From an uncultured Acidobacteriota bacterium (lineage in GTDB: Bacteria; Acidobacteriota; Thermoanaerobaculia; UBA5066; Gp7-AA6): 64,000 nt of DNA. The stretch is taken from assembly GCA_963723535.1 (NCBI GenBank), contig CAVRRE010000008.1:49047-113046 (forward strand), read 5' to 3'. The position numbers and the translations under genes are program-made. This document shows positions 1 to 9,878 of this stretch, piece by piece. The notes beneath the pieces were generated by a model, which saw only the letters and a program-made list of their open reading frames with translations, was not told the origin of the DNA and searched no databases. The first letter of the stretch is position 1. Each line of letters opens with the position of its first letter.

Positions 1-320
1 CCCGGCGCGTGGGCGCCGCAATGCTCGCGAGGCTCCAGGCGATGCAGGAGAAGCACCGGATGATCGGCGACGTGCGGGGCAAGGGGCTCCTTCTCGGCCT
101 CGAGCTCGTGAAGGACCGGCGGACGAAGGAGCTGATCCCGAAGGACGCCGCGAAGGCCCTCTTCCAGGAGTGTCTGCGCCGCGGGCTCCTCGCGATGTCG
201 TACACGCCGATCATCCGCATCAACCCGCCGCTCAACATCGACGAAGCGACCGCGCTCGAGGGCCTGGACATCCTGGACGAAGCGCTCGGAGCCGTCGCCC
301 GCGACTGGAAGCTCGCCTGA
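1..320 (+). CDS. class-III PLP-dependent aminotransferase, C-terminal part (5' end upstream of window)
   Basis: Frame is open to the window edge. The peptide ...IGDVRGKGLLLGLELV...YTPIIRINPPLNI... resembles the C-terminal domain of GabT/ornithine-type transaminases. Stop at 318-320. Confidence 0.7.
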   Translation, partial: RRVGAAMLARLQAMQEKHRMIGDVRGKGLLLGLELVKDRRTKELIPKDAAKALFQECLRRGLLAMSYTPIIRINPPLNIDEATALEGLDILDEALGAVARDWKLA

Positions 321-339
321 CCCGGATCGGCGGCCGCGG

Positions 340-1371
340 ATGCTGAGGGGCGCGTTCCTCGGTTTCGGCCACGTCGCCGAGCTCGCCCACGCTCCCGGCT
401 GGAAAGCCCGCCCCGACGTGTCGATCGTCGCTGCGGCGGATGCGCGCCTCGAGCGCCGCGACGCCTTCCTGGCGGCCTTCCCGCAGGGCCGCTGGTACCC
501 GACCGCCGAGGATCTGCTGACGCAGGAGTCGCTCGACTTCGTCGACGTGTGCACGCCCCCCGGCACGCACGCCCTGATCGTCCGCCAGGCGCTTTCCCGC
601 TCGCTCCACGTCCTCTGCGAGAAGCCGCTGGTCGTTTCGCCCATCGAGTTGCGGGGCCTTCCCGCCCTCGCCGCCGAGAAGGAGCGCGTCCTCTTCACGG
701 TCCACAACTGGCGGCACGCGCCGGCCCTCGTCCGCGTCAAAGAGGTCCTCGCCCGCGGAGGAGTCGGCGAGGTCCGCCGCGTGCGCTGGGAAACTCTGCG
801 CGAGCGGCCCGCGGCGGCCGCCGCCGGAGACACCGAGAACTGGCGCCTCGACCCCGTCCAGTCCGGCGGCGGGATCCTGATCGATCACGGCTGGCACGCG
901 TTCTACGTCGTCTCGGGCTGGCTGAGCTCTTCGCCCCGCACGGTCGCGGCGAGACTCGAGACGCGCAAGCACCACGAGTGGCCCGTCGAGGACACCGTCG
1001 ACCTCTTCCTCGTCTACGCGGTCGCCACGGCGGAGATCTTTCTGACGTGGGCCGACAGCGAGCGCGCCAACCGCGCCGAGATCACCGGCACGAAGGGCGT
1101 TCTGCGGCTCGATGGTCCACGCCTCGAGCTCCTCGACGCCGACGCGAGCCGCACAGTCGAGGCCTGGACCGTGCCTTCGATCGCCGAGGGCTCGCAGCAT
1201 CCCGACTGGTTCATCGGCGTCATCGACGGCTTCTTCGACGAAATCAACGACGCGAAGTGGCGAGGACGCAACCTCGCGGAGGCCACTCTCTGCGCCAACG
1301 TCATGGCTCTCGCGCGCGAATCGAGCCGCCAGGGAGGCGTCCCCCTGGCGATCGAGCGCATGCGCCGGTGA
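340..1371 (+). CDS. Gfo/Idh/MocA family NAD(P)-dependent oxidoreductase (sugar/inositol dehydrogenase-like)
   Basis: 343-aa ORF with an N-terminal Rossmann-like segment and the family's EKP motif (LCEKPL). The stop overlaps the next start (GTGA at 1368-1371). Confidence 0.8.
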   Translation: MLRGAFLGFGHVAELAHAPGWKARPDVSIVAAADARLERRDAFLAAFPQGRWYPTAEDLLTQESLDFVDVCTPPGTHALIVRQALSRSLHVLCEKPLVVSPIELRGLPALAAEKERVLFTVHNWRHAPALVRVKEVLARGGVGEVRRVRWETLRERPAAAAAGDTENWRLDPVQSGGGILIDHGWHAFYVVSGWLSSSPRTVAARLETRKHHEWPVEDTVDLFLVYAVATAEIFLTWADSERANRAEITGTKGVLRLDGPRLELLDADASRTVEAWTVPSIAEGSQHPDWFIGVIDGFFDEINDAKWRGRNLAEATLCANVMALARESSRQGGVPLAIERMRR

Positions 1372-2412
1372 GTCGCACGCTCGCGCTCGTCGGGCCTCCG
1401 GGATCCGGGGCGGGATCGGCGGTTCCCCCGGAGACGCCGCTGCTCGGGCTCCCCATCGTCCGACGCACGGTGCTTGCGGCGCGGCGCGCCGGCTTCTTCT
1501 CCGTGGCGGTCGTCGGGGCCACACCCGGAATCCGCGCTGCGCTCGAGGGGACGTCCGCCGAGCTTGCGGCCGCGCTTCCCGAGGGCGCGACTGGTCCTGC
1601 CGTGGAACCGCGTCGTCGGCGTGCGGGACCTCGAGGCCATCGGGAACGGCGCGCCCGAGGCCGGCGTGAGCGTCGAGTCGCGCGCGGACCTCCCTCGCGC
1701 CGAGCGCCACCTGCTCGAGAGCCTCGTCAAGGACAGCGAGGGCTTCATGTCGCGGCACGTCGAGCGGAAGATCTCGCTCGCCGTCAGCCGCCGTCTCGCG
1801 GGAACGTCCGTGACGCCCAATGCGATGACGCTCGTCTCGCTCGCGGTCGGCCTGGTCGGCGCGGTCTTCTTCCTGACGCCGACGCCGCGCAGCGAAACGA
1901 TCGGCGCCCTCCTCTTCCTCCTCCACTCGATCCTCGACGGCTGCGACGGCGAGCTGGCGCGGCTGAAATTCCAGGAGTCCCGCTGGGGCGGGTTGCTCGA
2001 TTTCTGGAGCGACAACCTCGTGCACGCGTCGGTCTTCGCGGCGATGGCCGTCGGCTGGAGCCGGGCGCTGGAGGCCGCGGGCGCGCCGAACACCGCCTGG
2101 CCGTTTCTCCTCGGGGCCTCCGCCGTCCTCGGGACCTTCGCCTCGGCCTACTTCGTCTACCGCCGGACGATGACGCCGGCCCGCCGCCGGGACGGGCCGC
2201 TCTACACCTCCGTCGCCACCGAGGGTGAAACGCGGCTCTCGCGCCTCGCGGACGCCGTGTCGCGCCGGGACTTCATCTATCTCGTTCTGATACTGTCCGC
2301 GTTCGGCAAGGCCCGCTGGTTCCTCGTTCTCGCGGCCGTCGGCGCGCCGGTCTTCTTTCTGGTACTGACGGCGATCGCCCTTGCCGAACGGCGTCTAAGG
2401 AGCGTTTCATGA
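1368..2412 (+). CDS. nucleotidyltransferase-like head fused to CDP-alcohol phosphatidyltransferase (IPCT/DIPPS- or PIP-synthase-like); apparent frameshift near 1588
   Basis: ORF 1474..2412 carries the CDP-OH transferase signature D-x2-DG-x2-AR...G-x3-D-x3-D (LDGCDGELARL...GGLLDFWSD) plus several TM segments. Upstream, from GTG 1368 in another frame, VSRTLALVGPPGSG...LLGLPIVRRTVLAARRAGF looks like the start of an NTP-transferase fold. The two frames join near 1588. Confidence 0.6.
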
Positions 2413-3759
2413 CGGACCGGACTTCGTTCTATCCCGAGCTCGCAAAGAAGATCGCGCCGGCACAGGGCAAGCTGGCGGTGCTTCTGCCCGGCCTCGGCGC
2501 AGTGTCGACGACGCTGATCGCCGGCGTGCACCTGATCCGCAAGGGTCTCGCGAAACCGTTCGGCTCGGTCACCCAGATGCAGAAGCTCCGGCTCGGGAAA
2601 CGCTCGCAGCCCCGATTCAAGCCCGTCAAGGAGCTCGTGCCGCTGTCGGAGCTCTCGGACCTCGTCTTCGGCGGCTGGGACATTTTCCCGGACAACACCT
2701 ACGAGGCGGCGGCCAAGGCGGGCGTTCTCTCGAAGGAGATGCTCACGTCGGTCCGAGGCGAGCTCGAATCGGTCCGGCCGATGTCGGCGGTGTTCGAACG
2801 GACGTGGGTCAAAAACCTCGACGGCCCGAACGTCAAGAAGGGCGCGTCGAAGATGGACCTCGCCGAAGCGCTCGTGAAGGACATCGAGAGCTTCCGCAAG
2901 AGCTCCGGCGCTTCGCGCGCCGTCATGGTCTGGTGCGGCTCCACCGAGGTCTACGCGCAGCAGAAGCCGGTCCACGAGACCCTCGCCGCCTTCGAGAAGG
3001 GGCTCAAGGAGAATTCGCCCGACATCCCGCCGTCGATGATCTACGCCTACGCCGCGATCGCCAGCGGGACGCCGTACGCGAACGGCGCGCCGAACCTCTC
3101 GGTCGACGTGCCGGCCCTGATGGAATTGGCGAGGGCGAAGGGCGTTCCGATCGCCGGCAAGGACTTCAAGACCGGCCAGACGCTGATGAAGACCATCATC
3201 GCGCCGGGACTGAAGGCCCGAATGCTGGGGCTGCAGGGCTGGTTCTCGACGAACATCCTCGGCAACCGCGACGGCGAGGTCCTCGACGATCCGGGCTCGT
3301 TCCGCTCGAAGGAGGTCTCCAAGGCCTCCGTCCTCGACGCGATCCTCCAGCCGGAGCTCTATCCCGAGCTCTACGGGGACTACTTCCACAAGGTGCGCAT
3401 CGAGTACTACCCGCCGCGCGGCGACGCGAAGGAAGGCTGGGACAACATCGACATCGTCGGCTGGCTCGGCCAGCCGATGCAGATCAAGATCGACTTCCTC
3501 TGCCGCGACTCGATCCTCGCGGCGCCGGTCGTGCTGGATCTGCTCCTCTTCCTCGATCTCGCCGGCCGCGCGGGCCTGTCGGGCATCCAGGAGTGGCTGT
3601 CCTTCTACTTCAAGTCGCCCATGGCCCGGCCGGACCTGCGCCCCGAGCACGACCTCTTCGTCCAGCACATGAAGCTCGTCGAACACGCTGCGGATCCTGG
3701 TCGGCGAGGAAGTCATCGACCACTCCGGGCTGGACTACTACGAAGGGGACGTCGTCTAG
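2409..3759 (+). CDS. ino1: myo-inositol-1-phosphate synthase; apparent frameshift near 3681
   Basis: Long conserved MIPS-like peptide (..GWDIFPDN..WCGSTE..YANGAPN..GKDFKTGQT..NILGNRDG..). After MKLV the canonical C-terminus NTLRILVGEEVIDHSGLDYYEGDVV* is read in the +1 frame, with stop at 3757-3759. ATG 2409 overlaps the previous stop (ATGA). Confidence 0.85.
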
Positions 3760-3770
3760 ACTTTCCCGGT

Positions 3771-4853
3771 GTGACGCTGCGCCGGATTCTCCACGTGGAC
3801 ATGGACGCCTTCTACGCGTCCGTCGAGCAGCGCGACGACCCCTCCCTCAAGGGACGGCCCGTCGCGGTCGGCGGCTCGCCCGAGAGCCGCGGCGTCGTCG
3901 CGGCCGCGAGCTACGAGGCGCGGAAGTTCGGCGTGCGCTCGGCCCTTCCCATGGCCCGCGCCGTGCGCCTCTGCCCGGAGCTCGTGATCCTCCGGCCGGA
4001 CTTCCGGAAGTACGCCGCCGTCTCCGAGCAGGTCTTCACGATCTTCCGGAGCGTGACGCCCCTGGTCGAGCCGCTCTCGCTCGACGAGGCGTTCCTCGAC
4101 GTGACCGAGAACGCTCTCGGCCTTCCGCTCGGCGTGGAGGTGGCACGCCACCTCAAGGCCCGCATCCACGAAGAGACTCGGCTCACGGCCTCGGCCGGCG
4201 TCGCGCCCAACAAGTTTCTCGCCAAGATCGCCTCCGGCTGGAAAAAGCCCGACGGGCTGACGGTCATCGCGCCCGAGCGGGTCGAGGCCTTCCTGCAGGA
4301 CCTCCCGGTCGACGCGCTCTGGGGCGTCGGTCCGGTAACCGGGGGCAAGCTCCGCGCGGCCGGGATCCAGAAGCTCGTGGACGTTCGCACGGCGCCCGCC
4401 GACGTGCTCCAGAAGGCCGTCGGGAGCTGGGCCGAGGGCTTGCGCCGGCTCTCCTTCGGGGAGGACGACCGGGCCGTCGAGCCGAACCGCGAGCGCAAGT
4501 CCGTGGGCTGCGAGGAAACCTACGCGAAGGACCTCGAAGACCTCGCCGCCATCCGAAACGAGGTCGAGACCCTCGCCCGCCACACCGCCGGCATCCTCGA
4601 GCGCAAGGGTCTCTTCGCACGCACCGTGACGCTCAAGCTTCGCTATTCGGACTTCAGCACGATCACGCGGAGCGACACCCAGGACCCGGCCACACGCGAC
4701 GCCGGGGCGATCGCCTCGCGCGGCCGTGACGCTTCTTGAAAAGACCGAGGCCGGAAAGCGGAAGGTGCGCCTCCTCGGCGTCTCGACGCACGGCCTCCGC
4801 GTCTCGCCGGCGCCTCCCGACGCGGATTCGAAGGACTCCTGCCGCTCGTTTAG
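3771..4853 (+). CDS. dinB: DNA polymerase IV (Y-family); two compensating frame changes (~4720 and ~4800-4830)
   Basis: GTG 3771 followed by ILHVDMDAFYASVEQRDDPSLKGRPVAVGG...SLDEAFLDVT..GVAPNKFLAKIAS. The C-terminal LLEKTEAGKRKVRLLGVSTHGL lies in the +1 frame. The likely end ..GLLPLV* returns to the original frame. Confidence 0.85.
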
Positions 4854-5342
4854 TGGGCGATCGGAGCGAACGCCGCCCGGCGCTCGAACATCTGGAACAC
4901 GTGGTGCGCCTCGTGGTGCGCCATGTACTCCATGCAGAAGTGGACGTCGTAGGTGGAGTAGTCCGGGTGCTGTGCCCGGGCGGTGCCACTCCGCGGGTGA
5001 GAGCGCGATGAGCCGGGCGACGATCCGGGCCCGCCCGTCCCGGAAGAGCTTCAGAAGCTCCGTCGACGGCTTCGCGGCCACCGCGGCGAAATCCGCGTCC
5101 CCCTCCGGCGAGTAGGAGACGATCGGCGGGCTCTCCTGGGTCAGGAGCGCCTCGAGCCGTCCCTCGAAGACCTCCTGCATGCGCGTGAGGTGCGCCAGCA
5201 CTTCCTTGACGGACCACGTTTCGGGCCTGGGCCGCTTCGCAATCGCCTCTTCTTCGAGCCCCGCGCAGAGCCTCCGGATCTCCTCGCCCTGGGCCTCGAG
5301 CTTCTCCACCACCCGGTGATGCGCTTCGTGCTTGTTGGCCAT
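4850..5342 (-). CDS. DinB/YfiT-like (DinB_2) four-helix-bundle metal-dependent protein; apparent frameshift near 4975
   Basis: MANKHEAHHRVVEKLEAQGEEIRRL..WSVKEVLAHL.. continues after a frame change as QHPDYSTYDVHFCMEYMAHHEAHHVFQMFERR..IAH*. The His-rich helices fit the DinB_2 family. The stop abuts the dinB stop. Confidence 0.7.
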
Positions 5343-5355
5343 GACGTCAGGAATG

Positions 5356-6256
5356 CTATCGCGGCTTCTCGCCGGTCGAGATGCCATTGCGGACCGCCGC
5401 GAGCGGCGCCGCGTCGTCGAAAACGATCCGACCGCCCCGGGACGACACGCCGAGCCGCTTCCAGAGAGCGGCGAGATCGACCGTCTCGCCTCTCTTCCCC
5501 ATCCTTGCGTAGAGCTCTTCGAGAACCGGCACGCCGGTGGCGCGGTCGCCGATCTCGAGCGCACGCTCGAGCGGCCAGGCCGTGGTCACGTTGCCTCCGG
5601 CCCGGACGATGCCGCGGAGCGCGTCGTCGAGCGACTTGCGGTTGCCCGTGCGCTCGCGGATCTGGACGTCCGCCAGAAAACAAAACGTCGCGCCTCCCCA
5701 GTACGTGGCCGCCCAGCTCCCCGACTGATCGAGTCCCCGCCCGCCGAGGCCGTCGAGACCCCGCGGCACGCCCCAGAGCAGCCAGCGCCAGATCTCCTCG
5801 GGCGCGATGAGGCCCGCCCGGGCGCGGGCGATCGGCTCGACGTAGGTGGCGAGCCCCTCCTCGATCCACTCGCGTCCCGTCATCGACGGAAATCCGAGGT
5901 GGACCATCTCGTGCACGAGCACCCAGCTCTCCTGGAGGTCCTGCGGCGGAGGTGTCCTCGCCGACCGTGATCACGATGCGCGCGATGCCCCCCTCGCCGT
6001 ACGTGCGCCCTCCCGTGATCCCGCCCGGCCGCCCCGTGCGCACGGTGAGCTCGACGCGCGAAACCGGAAGCCCGCCGTAGTAGGCCGCCACGGCGCCGGC
6101 GGCCTTCTCGATCCAGTCGAGAAGCGCCGCGCGCGCGGGAGCCGCACCCGTCCCGGCGAAGGAGACGTCGACCACGCCGCCCGGAACTTCGATTCGGGCG
6201 TCGGAACCGGGAAGAGCCAGCAGCGCCGTGGAGATCGCGAGAGAAAGCCCGGTCAG
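5356..6256 (-). CDS. secreted MA-clan zinc metallopeptidase (HExxH); apparent frameshift near 5950
   Basis: HEMVH followed by EGLATY (a third-ligand Glu region). The N-terminal part (signal-like LTGLSLAISTALLALPGS, then ..AAYYGGLPVSRVELTV..) is in another frame. A possible CTG start overlaps the gltA stop (CTGA). The start is uncertain. Confidence 0.6.
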
Positions 6257-7598
6257 CGCTTCTCCATCGGCACGAACGGCCGTTCGCCCTCGCCGAGATA
6301 CACCTGGCGCGGCCGGGCGATCTTCTCCTCGGGATCCTCGAGGAGCTCTTCCCACTGGGCGAGCCAGCCGGAGGTCCGGGGGATCGCGAAGAGCACCGTG
6401 AAGGCCGCCGTCGGAATGCCGATGGCCTCGTAGATCAGGCCCGAGTAGAAGTCGACGTTCGGATAGAGCTTGCGCTTGACGAAGTACTCGTCCTGCAGGG
6501 CGATGCGCTCGAGCTCGAGGGCGAGGTCGAGCAGCGGGTTGCGGCCCGTGACCTCGAAGACTTCTTCGGCCATCCGCTTGATGATCTTGGCGCGCGGATC
6601 GAAGTTCTTGTAGACGCGGTGGCCGAAGCCCATGAGGCGCTTCTCGCCCTTGCCTTCCTTGACTTCCTTGATGAAGGCCGGGACGCGGTCGACCGAGCCG
6701 ATCTCCTCCAGCATCTTCAGGACTTCCTCGTTGGCGCCGCCATGGAGGGGGCCGTAGAGGGCCGCGGCCGCGCCGGCCACCGCGGAGTAGGGATCGGTGT
6801 GCGCGGAACCGATGCCGCGCATCGCGTTGGTGCCGCAGTTCTGCTCGTGGTCGGCGTGGAGGATGAAGAGCACATCGAGCGCCCGCACGAGCGTCGGGTT
6901 CGGCTTGTAGTTCTCGGCGGGGGTCTTGAAGAGCATCGTCAGGAAGTTCGCGGTGTAGTCGAGATCGTTCGACGGGTACACGTAGGGCATGCCCATCGAG
7001 TGCTTGTAGGCGAACGCCGCGACCGTGGGCATCTTCGCGATCAGCCGGTGGATCTGCTTCGTCCGGATGGCCCGGTCGTGGACTTCGCGCGCCTCGGGAT
7101 AGAAGGTCGACATGGCCGCCACGGTCGCGATGAGCATCCCCATCGGGTGCGCGTCGTAGTTGAACGCGTCCATGACCTTCTTGAGGCTCTCGTGGATCAT
7201 GGTGTGGTACGTGATCGCGTGGACCCACTCGTCGTACTGCTTCTTGTTCGGGAGCTCCCCGTAGAGCAGGAGGTAGGCGACCTCCATGTAGGTGCACTTC
7301 TCGGCCAGGACCTCGATGGGGTAGCCGCGGTAGCGGAGGATCCCCTTCTCGCCGTCGATGTACGTGATCCGGCTCGCGCAGGAGGCCGTGTTCAGAAACG
7401 CCGGATCGTAGGTCATCAGGCCGAAGTCGTCGGGCCCGGTCTTGATCTGCCGAAGGTCCATGGCGCGGACCGTGCCGTGGGTGATCGGGACCTCGTAGAC
7501 CCGGCCCGTGCGCTCGTCCTTGATCGTCAGCGCATCGCGTTTGCTCTCCGCGCCGGCCGCGGCGTCTCTTCGCCCTTCGCCGTTTCCACGGTGCCCAT
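6253..7598 (-). CDS. gltA: citrate synthase; apparent frameshift near 7562 in the N-terminal leader
   Basis: 402-aa ORF with classic citrate-synthase motifs (..YRGYPIE..HADHEQN..GPLHGGANE..MGFGHRVYK..). Upstream ..LTIKDERTGRVYEVPITHGTVRA is in frame. ATG 7598, with GGAGG 7 nt upstream, is in another frame. Confidence 0.9.
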
Positions 7599-7695
7599 GG
7601 GGACCTCCGCGGCCTATTCTCTAACGAATTCTGATCGAGACACCGGGATCGTTCCGATTGCGGGGAAGAACGAGGCTGCGGCAGAGCTGCAGAAA

Positions 7696-8163
7696 ATGCC
7701 CGCCGTGCCGAGCCTGCAGGACACCTACGCGCCGCAGAACCGATGCTTCGGCTGCGGCCCCGCGAACGAGAAGGGGCTGCGGATCAAGAGCTTCGTCGAC
7801 GGCGACACGGTCGTCGCCGAATGGCGGCCCGAGCCGCATCACCTCGCCTTCGAGGGCATCCTGAACGGCGGGATCTGCGGCGCGCTCCTCGACTGCCACA
7901 GCAACTGGACCGCCGCGCATCACCTCATGACGCAGTCGGGCGCCGATTCGCCGCCCTGCACGGTCACGGCGGACTTTCATGTCGTCCTGAAGCGCCCGAC
8001 GCCCATGGACGCGCCGCTGAAGCTGACGGCGCGGGTGGCCGAGTCGAGGGAGGACCGCGCCGTCGTCGACGCGACGCTCGAGGCGAACGGCAAGGTGACG
8101 GCGACCTGCCGCGGGACGTTCGTGGCGGTCAAGCCGGGCCATCCGGCGTATCACCGATGGTGA
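7696..8163 (+). CDS. PaaI-family hotdog-fold thioesterase
   Basis: ..CFGCGPANEKGLRIKSF..FEGILNGGICGALLDCH..TADFHVVLKRP.. is typical of the PaaI/YbgC-like fold. The start at ATG 7696 is tentative. Confidence 0.7.
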   Translation: MPAVPSLQDTYAPQNRCFGCGPANEKGLRIKSFVDGDTVVAEWRPEPHHLAFEGILNGGICGALLDCHSNWTAAHHLMTQSGADSPPCTVTADFHVVLKRPTPMDAPLKLTARVAESREDRAVVDATLEANGKVTATCRGTFVAVKPGHPAYHRW

Positions 8164-8901
8164 GCCGCGCGCGAGCCGTCTCGCCGCGCTCGTCCTTTTC
8201 GTCCTTCCGCTCGCCGCCGGCGCCGCCTCGATCGAGCAGCGGAGCGTCGTCTCGCGCGAGAAGAAGCGCACCTACGCGTTCTACGTTCCGGAGAGCGTCA
8301 AGCCCGACGTGAAGGCGCCGATCCTCGTGGCCATCCACGGCTCGACCGGGAGCGGGCGGAACATTCTGGAGCGCTGGAAGGACATGGCCGACGCCCACGG
8401 CATCCTCCTCGCCGGCCCGGACGCGACCGACAACGCCCGCTGGGCTTCCCCCAGGACGGGCCTCTCTTCCTGAAGGACGTCGTCGACGACGTCGCCACCC
8501 GCTACGCGATCGACGGCCGGCGCATCTACATCTTCGGCCACTCGGCGGGCGCCAACTTCGCCCTCCAGATGGCCATCCTCGAGTCCGAGTACTTCGCCGC
8601 CGGGGCCATCCACGCCGGGGCGGTGAGCTCGGACTACTTCTCGATCTTCGACTTCGCCACGCGGAAGATCCCGCTTGCGATCTACATCGGCACGAAGGAC
8701 CAGTTCTACCCGATCGAGGTCGTTCGCGCGACGAGCGAGGCCCTGAAGAAGCGCGGCTTTCCGCTGCTCTACCGGGAGATGCCCGGCCACGACCACAACT
8801 ACAAGGCGGTGGCCCCGGAGATCAACAAGGAGATCTGGGAGTACTTCACCTCGAATCCCCTCCCCCAGGATCCCCGCTACACGCAATACAAGGATCCATA
8901 A
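8157..8901 (+). CDS. secreted alpha/beta-hydrolase esterase (PHB-depolymerase/esterase family); two frame changes (~8170, ~8440)
   Basis: ATG 8157 overlaps the previous stop. It has the signal-like RLAALVLFVLPLAAGAAS, ..ILVAIHGSTGSG.., the nucleophile elbow IFGHSAGANF, and ..MPGHDHNY. Three reading frames are needed to read it through. Confidence 0.65.
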
Positions 8902-8918
8902 GCGGTAAGATCGGCGGC

Positions 8919-9878
8919 ACGAACCCCGAAGTCGTCGCCGCGATCGAGAAGCTTCGCGCGCAGGGCGTTCTCAACGACGCCCAGGCGAAGGCCTTCGCTC
9001 CGGTCGCCCGCGGCGAGCTCGTCTCGGTCCGCGCCGAGCTCCGCGTCGTTCTCTACGGCGGCGTCCTGCTCGCCGCCTCGGGTCTCGGCCTCTTCCTGAA
9101 GGAGAACCACGACCGGCTCGGGCCCGCCGCCATCGCCGCCGTCGTGGGCGTCGCGGCCGTCGCCTGCCTCGCGTACGTCGTGCGGCGGGCGCCGCCCTTC
9201 TCGTGGAGCGCGACCGAATCCCCGCACGTGGCCGTGGACTACCTGCTGCTGCTCGCGATGCTCCTGATCGCGGCCGACCTCGCCTACGTCGAAGCCCAGT
9301 TTCGCTGGCTCGGGCCCAACTGGGGGTACCACCTGCTCGCCGTGTCGATCCTCTATTTCGTCGCGGCCTATCGCTTCGACTCGCGGGCGGTTCTGACGCT
9401 GGCCCTCACATCCTTCGCGGCCTGGCGCGGCGTCGAGGTCGGGATGCGCTTCGAGGGACTCGGATCGCCCGGCCTCACGCGCCTGAACGCGATCGGCTGC
9501 GCCCTCCTGTACCTCGCCGCCGGGGCCCTCTCGCTCAAGCTTCGCCGCAAGCCCCACTTCGAGCCGGTGTACGTGACGGGCGGCCTCGTCCTCCTCTTCG
9601 GCGCGATGCTGACGGGGGCCTGGGACGAGCGGACGGGCGCATGGATCGCCTGGCTCCTCGCCGTCGTCGTCGCCGCGGGGATCGTCCTCGTCTTCTCCTA
9701 TCGTGTCCGGCGGCCGCTGGACTTCGGGATCGCGGTGGCGGCCCTGTACCTGGTGGGCCTGAGGCTTCTCGGAGAGGCCGGCGGCAACCGCTCCACCTTC
9801 TTCCTCGTGGCCGGCTGGAGCGTGGCGGCGCTCTACGTTCTCATCCGCGCCACGCGCCGGATGCGGAGGCCCGCGTGA
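8919..9878 (+). CDS. DUF2157-like multi-pass membrane protein (start codon unresolved)
   Basis: The track ORF 9144..9878 has 5-6 TM segments. The same frame upstream encodes ..NPEVVAAIEKLRAQGVLNDAQAKAF..GELVSVRAELRVVLYGGVLL.., typical of the family's N-terminus. No ATG/GTG/TTG is available there (ACG at 8919). Confidence 0.5.
   Translation, partial: TNPEVVAAIEKLRAQGVLNDAQAKAFAPVARGELVSVRAELRVVLYGGVLLAASGLGLFLKENHDRLGPAAIAAVVGVAAVACLAYVVRRAPPFSWSATESPHVAVDYLLLLAMLLIAADLAYVEAQFRWLGPNWGYHLLAVSILYFVAAYRFDSRAVLTLALTSFAAWRGVEVGMRFEGLGSPGLTRLNAIGCALLYLAAGALSLKLRRKPHFEPVYVTGGLVLLFGAMLTGAWDERTGAWIAWLLAVVVAAGIVLVFSYRVRRPLDFGIAVAALYLVGLRLLGEAGGNRSTFFLVAGWSVAALYVLIRATRRMRRPA

Noticed and set aside
232-2025. 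597-aa minus-strand ORF covering the oxidoreductase and transferase genes
   Set aside because: It is antisense to well-supported genes. The peptide is Arg/Gly/Asp/Pro-rich low complexity (RRRRQEEDRADQADRERDERH...), the typical shadow ORF of GC-rich DNA.
2409-4739. 776-aa ORF that looks like a MIPS-DNA polymerase IV fusion protein
   Set aside because: The canonical MIPS C-terminus (NTLRILVGEEVIDHSGLDYYEGDVV*) is present in the +1 frame with its own stop at 3757-3759. dinB has its own GTG at 3771. The fusion is a read-through caused by the frame break near 3681.
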